Shown here one piece after another: positions 1-6,941 of a DNA stretch of 64,000 bases. The notes beneath the pieces are model-generated. The model worked only from the letters and a program-made list of their open reading frames with translations, did not search any database and was not told the DNA's origin. This stretch comes from an uncultured Spirochaetales bacterium (GTDB taxonomy: Bacteria > Spirochaetota > Spirochaetia > SPDA01 > CAZSGZ01), in NCBI GenBank assembly GCA_964440465.1, contig CAYTSI010000005.1, positions 151 through 64,150 of the forward strand, given 5' to 3'. The position numbers were made by a program, and so were the translations under genes. Each line of letters starts with the position of its first letter. The stretch's first letter is position 1.

Positions 1-736
1 CTTCGGTAATGCCGCCGTCGGTGATAAAGGCGTCGAAATCTTTTAAATCGGCGAAGTGGGTTGAATGCACCTTCCCGATTTTTGATGAATCGGCAACGAG
101 GATCGAAGATATACTCGAATCGATAATCGCCTTTTTTGTTTCCATCTCGTACTGGTTTGGGCAGGTAACGCCTAGATCTTTGCTGATTCCCCCGGCGGAG
201 ATAAAAGCTTTCGACGCCCTGGACCGCCGTATCAGGGAGATCCCCTCGGGGCTTTCAAACATCATCGTATTTTCATGAAGATATCCCCCGGCGAAGATGA
301 CGCGGCAGTTCTTCTTTTTCTGCAATTCCGCGAGGATGTTGAAAGAGTAGCAGATTACCGTCAGCGGCAGGTCCGCGGGAATGGAGCGCGCGATGTATTC
401 GGTAGTGGACCCGGCATCGATGCTGATAACGTCCTCCGCTTCGATGAGGGACGCGGCGTACCGGCCGATGGCTGCTTTTTCTTTCGTCTGTTTCGATCCC
501 GCCGTGATAAGGGAATAACTGATTTCACCCGATGGCGGTCCGCTGTTCTGGGCCGGATTTAAGACCGCGCCGCCGTGAAGGAGCTGGATGTAGTTTTGAT
601 CCTCGAGTTCCTGCAGGTCCCGCCGGATAGTCATGTGGGAAACGCCGAGCTTGTCGGCAAGTTCGTTTACCGACGCGGCATTATAAATCCGGAGAATTTT
701 CAGTATTTCATCTAACCGTTCCTTTTTATCGGCCAT
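1..736 (-). CDS. DeoR/GlpR-family transcriptional regulator (C-terminus cut by window edge)
   Basis: This reverse-strand ORF is not in the supplied track because it runs off the left edge. My translation from the ATG (complement of 734-736) is MADKKERLDEILKILRIYNAASVNELADKLGVSHMTIRRDLQELEDQNY..., which is a winged HTH. It is followed by DeoR-type sensor-domain motifs (ISIDAGSTT, FAGGY, FISAGGIS). The gene is divergent from the BMC operon. Confidence 0.85.
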   Translation of the reverse strand, partial: MADKKERLDEILKILRIYNAASVNELADKLGVSHMTIRRDLQELEDQNYIQLLHGGAVLNPAQNSGPPSGEISYSLITAGSKQTKEKAAIGRYAASLIEAEDVISIDAGSTTEYIARSIPADLPLTVICYSFNILAELQKKKNCRVIFAGGYLHENTMMFESPEGISLIRRSRASKAFISAGGISKDLGVTCPNQYEMETKKAIIDSSISSILVADSSKIGKVHSTHFADLKDFDAFITDGGITE

Positions 737-751
737 TTCCCCCGCCTTTAC

Positions 752-781
752 TTGACAAAAATGTATTATGGAATGTAAAAT
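752..781 (+). promoter_or_regulatory. Candidate sigma70-type promoter of the BMC operon (TTGACA, 18-nt spacer, TAAAAT)
   Basis: TTGACA lies at 752-757 and TAAAAT at 776-781, in the AT-rich DeoR/BMC divergent intergenic region. A direct repeat TATGTTAA at 793-800 and 815-822 (22-bp spacing) lies just downstream and could be an operator. Confidence 0.35.
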
Positions 782-860
782 AACTATCAATATATGTTAA
801 CAAAATACCATCGTTATGTTAAAATTATAACGTAAAACCAAGAAAAAGAAAAGGGAAGGG

Positions 861-1508
861 ATGAAAATTATGAATAATATTGATTTACGGACCTATATCT
901 ACTTAGATTCACTGCAGCCGCAGATGGCATCGTATATATCCACCATTTCCCGGGGATATTTTCCGGTGGCAGGTCAGGCGTGTATGGTCGTGGAGATCTC
1001 GCCGGGTATCGAGATCAACCGGCTGACGGACATCGCTTTAAAAGCGACGAACGTACGGCCTGGAATACAAATCGTCGAGCGGCTGTTCGGGCTCTTAGAG
1101 CTCCATTCCGACAGTCAGGCCGACGCGCGGCAGTCGGGGGAGTCGATCCTGAAAGAGCTCGACTTAACCGAAGCGGACAGGATGAAGCCGACGGTACTGA
1201 CCAGTCAGCTGATAAAAAACGTGGACGACCATCACGCTCAGCTTATCAATAAAGTGCGCTACGGCAACATGATCCTCCGGGGGGACACCCTCTATGTACT
1301 GGAGCTGCAGCCGGCGGGATATGCCTATTACGCCGCGAACGAGGCGGAAAAGGCCTCGCATATAAATATTATCAACGTGCAGGGCTACGGCAGTTACGGC
1401 CGTATTTATATAGCGGGACCGGAAGCGGAAGTTCTGGTCAGCCAGCAGATTGTTGAATCCCGCCTTTTGTCGTTAAGCGGCAGGGAAGCGGGCGGTAAAA
1501 AAGAATAA
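861..1508 (+). CDS. BMC shell protein, tandem-domain (BMC-T class)
   Basis: The 215-aa product has two BMC-like halves (ACMVVEISPGIEINRLTDIALKATNV... and TLYVLELQPAGYAYYAANEAEKASHINII...). It is the first gene of the shell operon. The start may be 861 or 870, because the RBS AGGGAAGGG abuts 861. Confidence 0.75.
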   Translation: MKIMNNIDLRTYIYLDSLQPQMASYISTISRGYFPVAGQACMVVEISPGIEINRLTDIALKATNVRPGIQIVERLFGLLELHSDSQADARQSGESILKELDLTEADRMKPTVLTSQLIKNVDDHHAQLINKVRYGNMILRGDTLYVLELQPAGYAYYAANEAEKASHINIINVQGYGSYGRIYIAGPEAEVLVSQQIVESRLLSLSGREAGGKKE

Positions 1509-1534
1509 CTAAAAGAATAACTAAAAGAATAACT
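1499..1534. repeat. Perfect tandem repeat, 12 bp x 3 (AAAAGAATAACT)
   Basis: Read directly from the sequence. The first unit contains the TAA stop of the BMC-T gene (1506-1508). The array fills the spacer before the BMC-H RBS. Confidence 0.95.
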
Positions 1535-1547
1535 AGAGGAGAAAAAA

Positions 1548-1856
1548 ATGGCAGAGGTATTTGAAAACGCATTGGGAATGATCGAAACAAAGAGCTTCGC
1601 CGCGATGGTTGAAGCATCGGACGCCATGGTCAAGGCGGCAAGGGTTGAACTGACGAACTGGGTCAACACAGGCGGCGGTTATGTAACATCCATCGTCCGG
1701 GGCGATGTCGCAGCGGTACGGGCGGCCTTAGACGCGGGCGGCCGGGCGGCTGAAAAAGTCGGTGAACTGATCAGCGTTCATATTATTCCCCGTCCCCATG
1801 ACAATGTGGACAGCGCGCTTCCGTTGGGACGGACACCGCAGGGCGGAAAGAAATAG
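1548..1856 (+). CDS. BMC shell protein, hexamer type (BMC-H, PduA/EutM-like)
   Basis: The 102-aa product reads ALGMIETKSFAAMVEASDAMVKAARVEL...GGGYVTSIVRGDVAAVRAALDAG...SVHIIPRPH, which is the canonical single BMC (PF00936-like) domain pattern. Confidence 0.9.
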   Translation: MAEVFENALGMIETKSFAAMVEASDAMVKAARVELTNWVNTGGGYVTSIVRGDVAAVRAALDAGGRAAEKVGELISVHIIPRPHDNVDSALPLGRTPQGGKK

Positions 1857-1860
1857 GTAG

Positions 1861-2160
1861 ATGGTACTCGCGAAAGTAGTCGGAACGGTTGTAGCTACCC
1901 GAAAAGAGCCGAAGATCGAAGGGATAAAATTCCTGCTGATAGAAAAACTGGACCCGGCAACCATGAAGGGAAAAAAAGACTTTCTCGTGGCCATGGACAG
2001 TGTCGGCGCCGGTCCCGGAGAGGTTGTCTTTTACGTGTCCGGAAGTTCGTCGAGAATGACCGCGACGACGGAGGGCAAACCGAGCGACGCGACCATAACG
2101 GCGATCGTGGACGTAATCGAAATGGACGGGAAGACCGTTTATCACAAGGACAGGCCTTAA
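1861..2160 (+). CDS. BMC vertex protein (BMC-P, EutN/CcmL family), paralog 1
   Basis: The 99-aa product starts [28 protein letters not shown]...[11 protein letters not shown], the typical EutN/CcmL N-terminal signature. Confidence 0.9.
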   Translation: MVLAKVVGTVVATRKEPKIEGIKFLLIEKLDPATMKGKKDFLVAMDSVGAGPGEVVFYVSGSSSRMTATTEGKPSDATITAIVDVIEMDGKTVYHKDRP

Positions 2161-2163
2161 GCG

Positions 2164-2451
2164 ATGATTTTTGCACAAACTGTGGGAACGGTGGTGAGCA
2201 CCGCCCGAAGCGATGAGATAGAAGGGGCGAAATTCCTTTTAGTGCGGGAATGCAGCTACAAAGGAGAACTTTCTGACAATTACATGATCGCCCTCGACGC
2301 GGTGCAGACCGGCCCGGGAGAGATGGTCCTCATTGCCCAAGGCAGTTCCTGCCGTCAGACGGAAAACACCTTCCAGAAGCCGGTGGATGCCCTGATTGTG
2401 GGAATCGTCGATTCCATAGACGAGGGAGGGGACCTTGTCTTTAGAAAGTAA
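2164..2451 (+). CDS. BMC vertex protein (BMC-P), paralog 2
   Basis: The 95-aa product reads MIFAQTVGTVVSTARSDEIEGAKFLLV...DAVQTGPGEMVLI. Confidence 0.9.
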   Translation: MIFAQTVGTVVSTARSDEIEGAKFLLVRECSYKGELSDNYMIALDAVQTGPGEMVLIAQGSSCRQTENTFQKPVDALIVGIVDSIDEGGDLVFRK

Positions 2452-3790
2452 GACCGCTGTCCGTCTCGCGGAGGCGGTCCGGGAGGCGGGTATCGTCGGC
2501 GCCGGCGGCGCCGGCTTCCCCACCCATAAAAAGCTCGGCGGGACCTGCCGCACGGTAATTGCCAACGGAGCCGAGTGTGAACCCCTTCTGCAGAGCGACA
2601 AATACATTATGGAAACGGAGGCGGAGAAAATCGCCGCCGCCCTCGAGCTTGCGGTGAATGAACTGCGGGCGGAAGAGGGGATTATCGCGGTAAAGGAGAA
2701 GAACAGCCGGGCTGTGGAGCGGCTCGAAGCAGCGGCGGCATCAAGGGTTGCTCTGTCCCTCTATCACCTTGAAAACTTCTATCCAGCGGGGGACGAGCAT
2801 GTGTTAGTCCATGAGATAACCGGAAAGGTAGTGCCCGAGGGGGGTATCCCGATTGCCGTGGGTGTTGTTGTCCTGAATGTGGAAACGCTGTTGAACATCT
2901 GCAACGCGGTATATGAATCGGCCCCGGTCACCCTGCGCACCGTTACCTGTACGGGAGAGGTGAAGACGCCGAAGGTGCTGCGGGTTCCGGTCGGTACGGC
3001 CATGCGGGACGTAATTCATGAGTGCGGGGGTGCTCTGGTGGAAGAACCCGCTATAATCATCGGCGGACCGATGATGGGAAAGGTCACCACCGATGTAGAT
3101 ACGCCGGTTGATAAACTGACCGGCGGAATTATCGTTTTGCCGAGGGACCACGATTGCATTCAACGGAAAACACGGCCGTTAGAAGTGCAGGTGCGGCTCT
3201 CGCGGAGCGCCTGCTGTCAGTGCGTACTGTGCAGCGAGCTCTGTCCCCGGGAGATGCTCGGGCATAATCTGTATCCGCACTTAATTATGCGGCAGATCAA
3301 TTACGGTCTTGATTTGCCGGAAGAAGCGCTGGCAGCGGCGGCGCTCTGCTGTGAATGCGGAGTGTGCGAGGTGTTCGCGTGTCCTATGGGGCTTTCCCCC
3401 TCCTTTATCAACGGAATTATCAAACAGCGGTTTGCCGAGGGGGGGTACAAGCCGGAGTTCCCCGACAGGGAGCCTAAGCCGCATGAGATGCGGGAATACC
3501 GCAAGGTGCCGGCACAGCGGATAATAGGCCGTTTGCGGCTTAACCGCTACGACGAGCCGATGTATGACCGGGGAGGCGCCGTTACACCGGAACGGGTTGA
3601 ATTGCCGCTGCGGCAGCACATCGGGGCGCCGGCGGTGCCGGTGGTTTCCCCCGGGGCAGCGGTGAAACGGGGAGACTTAATCGGGGAAATTCCCGAAGGG
3701 AGCTTAGGGGCACGGGTGCACGCCTCGGTTACGGGGACCGTTACACTGGTGGAGGAAAGCCGGATACTTATTACGGCATCAGGGGCATAA
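2435..3790 (+). CDS. PduS/RnfC-like NAD(H)-binding iron-sulfur flavoprotein
   Basis: The 451-aa product has a GAGGAGFPTHKKL nucleotide/flavin-binding motif. It carries two ferredoxin-type clusters (CCQCVLCSELCP and CCECGVCEVFACP) and an RnfC-type barrel-like C-terminal segment. The track start is a TTG overlapping the upstream gene by 17 nt, so the exact start is uncertain. Confidence 0.8.
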   Translation: MSLESKTAVRLAEAVREAGIVGAGGAGFPTHKKLGGTCRTVIANGAECEPLLQSDKYIMETEAEKIAAALELAVNELRAEEGIIAVKEKNSRAVERLEAAAASRVALSLYHLENFYPAGDEHVLVHEITGKVVPEGGIPIAVGVVVLNVETLLNICNAVYESAPVTLRTVTCTGEVKTPKVLRVPVGTAMRDVIHECGGALVEEPAIIIGGPMMGKVTTDVDTPVDKLTGGIIVLPRDHDCIQRKTRPLEVQVRLSRSACCQCVLCSELCPREMLGHNLYPHLIMRQINYGLDLPEEALAAAALCCECGVCEVFACPMGLSPSFINGIIKQRFAEGGYKPEFPDREPKPHEMREYRKVPAQRIIGRLRLNRYDEPMYDRGGAVTPERVELPLRQHIGAPAVPVVSPGAAVKRGDLIGEIPEGSLGARVHASVTGTVTLVEESRILITASGA

Positions 3791-3793
3791 CAT

Positions 3794-4345
3794 ATGGAAT
3801 ACAGCGTAATCGGAGTACTTGAATTTTCGGCAACGGCGGCGGGCATTCTGGCCTTAGACAGCATGGTGAAGGCCGCGCCGGTGAAAATTATCGACGCGAA
3901 AACGATTTGTCCCGGCAAGTTCTATATTATCGTTACCGGAGACGTTGCCTCGGTTGATGCCGCGCTGACGGCGGGCAAAAAAGCGGGCGAGGGGTACTTG
4001 ATCGACGAGCTCTTTATTACCAACCTGCAGGAGCAGGTAATTCCGGCCATTTTAGGAACGGTGGAAACGACGAAGTGGGAATCTTTAGGCGTTATCGAAT
4101 CGTTTTCCATTGTGTCGAGTATCGTCGCGGGGGATTTGGCGGCGAAAGCGGCGGCGGTGGAGCTGCCTGAAATCAGGCTTGCTACGGGAATGGCGGGTAA
4201 ATCGTATGTAAAGATGATCGGGACGGTGCATGAGGTGGAGGTCTCCATGAAGGCGGCGAAAGAGTATGTGGGAAAGCAGGGCCTGTTATGTAAGGACGTT
4301 ATTATTCCCCACGCGCACCCGGAAATGAAGCCGTTTATTTTATAG
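3794..4345 (+). CDS. BMC shell protein, tandem-domain PduT-like (BMC-T) with candidate pore cysteine
   Basis: The 183-aa product has two BMC domains (VIGVLEFSATAAGILALDSMVKAA... and SLGVIESFSIVSSIVAGDLAAKAA...). Its length and the Cys in TICPGKF resemble PduT, whose trimer pore binds a [4Fe-4S] cluster. Confidence 0.75.
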   Translation: MEYSVIGVLEFSATAAGILALDSMVKAAPVKIIDAKTICPGKFYIIVTGDVASVDAALTAGKKAGEGYLIDELFITNLQEQVIPAILGTVETTKWESLGVIESFSIVSSIVAGDLAAKAAAVELPEIRLATGMAGKSYVKMIGTVHEVEVSMKAAKEYVGKQGLLCKDVIIPHAHPEMKPFIL

Positions 4346-4369
4346 GCACGGCGGAGGTAGGATACAGAT

Positions 4370-5815
4370 ATGCAGATAGATGAAAAAACGATACGGACGG
4401 TTGTCGAAGAGGTGTTAAAAGAGGTGAGCGCGGCGGCGGTGTCGTCCGCCTCGCCGCCCCGGACCCCTTCCCCGGCAGCCTCCTCTACATATCAGGGCTC
4501 ATTCAGTACCATGGACGCAGCCGTGCGCGCGGCGCATCAGGCGCATCTGGATTTAATGAACACGACGCTGGAAATACGGAGAAAAATGATCGATGCCATG
4601 CGGGAGACCATATGGTCCAATCTTTTTGTCCTGTCAAAAAAAGCGGTGGAGGAGACCGGCTTCGGCCGCACCGACGACAAGGTGAAGAAAAACCTTCTCG
4701 CGGCGAAGATGACACCCGGTGTGGAGGATTTAACGCCGACATCGTATACGGATGACCACGGACTTACCCTGACCGAACTCGCACCCTACGGCGTTATCGG
4801 GGCGATTGCTCCGAGTACGAACCCGACGGAGACGATTATCAGCAATGCCATTGGAATGGTAGCAGGCGGAAACACGGCGGTGTTTGGTCCCCACCCGGCC
4901 GCGAAGGAAGTTTCGAAATATACCATCTGCTTGTTAAACACGGCCATTCAGAAAGCCGGCGGACCGGCAAATGTTCTTACAACGGTGGACGAACCGACCA
5001 TCGAGGCCGCCCAGACGATGATGGACCATCCTCTCGTTTCGCTCTTAGTCGTGACCGGCGGCCCGGGAGTAGTAAAAGAGGCGATGAAACGGGCGAAAAA
5101 GGTCATTGCCGCGGGACCGGGGAACCCGCCGGTGGTGGTGGATGAAACCGCGGACATCGTGAAGGCCGGGAAAGATATCGTCGCGGGCGCGGGTTTGGAC
5201 AACAACATCATCTGTATTGACGAGAAAGAAGTCCTGGCGGTGGACTCTATTGCCGATCAGCTGAAGGCGGAAATGAAGAAAAACGGCGCCTTTGAACTGG
5301 ACCGGCAGCAGGCGGAGGCCCTGACGAAAATCGTCATTTCCGATCCCGGACGGCCGGGGCATGAAGGAATGGCGAATAAAAAATACGTGGGAAAAAACGC
5401 GTCCGTATTGGCGGACCTCATCGGCCTGAAGGTCCCCGAAGATACGCGCATCCTCATTGCCGAAGTCGACCGCGACCATCCGATGGTATGGACGGAACAG
5501 CTGATGCCCTTTATTCCGCTGGTGCGGATGAAGAGCGCCGATGAGGCGATCGATTTTGCCGTAGAATGCGAACACGGGTTTCGGCACACGGCAAGCATGC
5601 ATTCGAAAAACATCGAGCGGCTCTCAAGGATGGCGAAAGTCATGAACTGTTCCCTCTTTGTAAAAAACGGTTCGAATTTTAACGGCATGGCCTTCGGCGG
5701 CGCGGGCTACACCTCCTTTACCATTGCCAGTCCCACCGGCGACGGCTTTACCCGGGCGAGGACCTTTACCCGGGAACGGCGGTGTTCGCTCATTGATTAT
5801 TTTCGGATTGTGTAG
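4370..5815 (+). CDS. CoA-acylating aldehyde dehydrogenase (PduP/EutE-like) with N-terminal extension
   Basis: The 481-aa product belongs to the aldehyde dehydrogenase superfamily. It has the catalytic-Cys context GAGLDNNIICIDEKEV typical of EutE/PduP. An N-terminal amphipathic helix (KTIRTVVEEVLKEV) is followed by an Ala/Ser/Pro linker. Confidence 0.9.
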   Translation: MQIDEKTIRTVVEEVLKEVSAAAVSSASPPRTPSPAASSTYQGSFSTMDAAVRAAHQAHLDLMNTTLEIRRKMIDAMRETIWSNLFVLSKKAVEETGFGRTDDKVKKNLLAAKMTPGVEDLTPTSYTDDHGLTLTELAPYGVIGAIAPSTNPTETIISNAIGMVAGGNTAVFGPHPAAKEVSKYTICLLNTAIQKAGGPANVLTTVDEPTIEAAQTMMDHPLVSLLVVTGGPGVVKEAMKRAKKVIAAGPGNPPVVVDETADIVKAGKDIVAGAGLDNNIICIDEKEVLAVDSIADQLKAEMKKNGAFELDRQQAEALTKIVISDPGRPGHEGMANKKYVGKNASVLADLIGLKVPEDTRILIAEVDRDHPMVWTEQLMPFIPLVRMKSADEAIDFAVECEHGFRHTASMHSKNIERLSRMAKVMNCSLFVKNGSNFNGMAFGGAGYTSFTIASPTGDGFTRARTFTRERRCSLIDYFRIV

Positions 5816-5840
5816 GTTAAGGAAAATAGGAAGTGATGGA

Positions 5841-6113
5841 ATGAAATTAGGGAAAGTAATCGGAACGGTGGTGAGTACACAAAAGGTGGAGTCCTTCGAG
5901 GGGGTAAAGCTTCTTTTAGTACAGCCGTTAGATGAAAATTACGACGAGAAAGGCGGACCCTTAGCGGCGTGTGATACCGTTCAGGCGGGAGTTGGAGACA
6001 TTGTCCTTTATGAAGGCGGCCGGGAAGCCGCCCTGACGCTGGAAAACTGGTACAATCCGTCGGACGCGGCGGTAATGGCTATTGTCGACAGTACAAACCT
6101 GGAGGCAACCTAA
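5841..6113 (+). CDS. BMC vertex protein (BMC-P), paralog 3
   Basis: The product reads MKLGKVIGTVVSTQKVESFEGVKLLLVQP...DTVQAGVGDIVL. I trimmed the track ORF (5724) to the ATG at 5841, which is preceded by AGGAAG. The longer N-terminus overlaps the aldehyde dehydrogenase and looks non-coding. Confidence 0.85.
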   Translation: MKLGKVIGTVVSTQKVESFEGVKLLLVQPLDENYDEKGGPLAACDTVQAGVGDIVLYEGGREAALTLENWYNPSDAAVMAIVDSTNLEAT

Positions 6114-6388
6114 TGCTTGTGGCTAAAGTAATCGGAACGGTTGTCGCCACGCGGAAGCATCCCGTTTTACAGGGGTATAAGCTGTTAATTGTGCAGCCGA
6201 AGGGGCCTGACGGAACGGATGCCGGCGGGATCGAGATTGCCCTCGATACGGTACAGGCAGGGACCGGCGAAACGGTGCTGCTGTTGACGGAGGGCAACTC
6301 TTCGAGGATGATTATCGGCGACGACATGGCCCCGGTACGTGCGGTGGTGGTCGGCATTATCGATGAGGTACAGTACGATGCAGTATAA
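6113..6388 (+). CDS. BMC vertex protein (BMC-P), paralog 4
   Basis: The 91-aa product reads [29 protein letters not shown]...DTVQAGTGETVLL. Confidence 0.9.
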   Translation: MLVAKVIGTVVATRKHPVLQGYKLLIVQPKGPDGTDAGGIEIALDTVQAGTGETVLLLTEGNSSRMIIGDDMAPVRAVVVGIIDEVQYDAV

Positions 6389-6929
6389 AAGTGATTCATC
6401 CATTGTACAAAATATCGTTTCCACGCTTCACACGGCCGCGGACCGGCCGCTTCCGGTGGAGAATACCGCGAACCAGGAAGACAAGGTCCTTCGGGTTGCC
6501 CTCGGGGCGGACCACGGCGGCTTCGAGGCGAAGGAGGCCCTGCGGGAGTATCTGAAGTCCTTAGGTTACCGTGTTACCGACGTCGGGACCGACAGTACCG
6601 AAAGCGTCGACTATCCCGATTTCGCGGTAAAGGTGGCGAAAAAAGTGGCCTCCGGGGAATGCGAGCGGGGAATTATGATCGACGGCGCGGGAATCGGATC
6701 GACGATGGTATGCAACAAGGTGCGGGGCATCCGCGCGGCGCTGTGCTACGATGTGAAAACAATCAGCAACAGCAGGGTGCACAATAACGCGAACGTGCTG
6801 TGCTTAGGCGGCCCCCTGCACGGCAGAGAGGAAATTTTTGAAATGGCAAAGCTGTGGCTAACCACGCGATTCGAGGGCGGCAGACACTGGCCGCGGATTA
6901 ATAAAATGATGGCAGTTGAACGAGGATAA
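6378..6929 (+). CDS. rpiB: Ribose-5-phosphate isomerase B / sugar-phosphate isomerase (RpiB/LacAB family) with N-terminal extension
   Basis: The core reads RVALGADHGGFEAKEALREYLKSLGY...GIMIDGAGIGSTMVCNKVRGIRAALC...NANVLCLGG. The start was trimmed to ATG 6378 (in frame with the track ORF at 6339). About 35 aa (SSIVQNIVSTLHTAA plus a linker) precede the catalytic core. Confidence 0.85.
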   Translation: MQYKSDSSIVQNIVSTLHTAADRPLPVENTANQEDKVLRVALGADHGGFEAKEALREYLKSLGYRVTDVGTDSTESVDYPDFAVKVAKKVASGECERGIMIDGAGIGSTMVCNKVRGIRAALCYDVKTISNSRVHNNANVLCLGGPLHGREEIFEMAKLWLTTRFEGGRHWPRINKMMAVERG

Positions 6930-6941
6930 GAGGATAGACAG

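Noticed and set aside
1499-1534. Treating the short tandem repeats (here, and at 17750-17774 and 40273-40300) as a possible CRISPR array.
   Set aside because: The units are contiguous with no spacers and are only 8-14 bp long. There are at most 3 copies per site, and no cas genes are present in the window.
5724-5840. The long N-terminal extension of the third BMC-P ORF as given in the track.
   Set aside because: It overlaps the end of the aldehyde dehydrogenase gene in another frame and is Pro/Gly/Arg-rich. An ATG with an RBS at 5841 gives the canonical MKLGKVIGTVV start.
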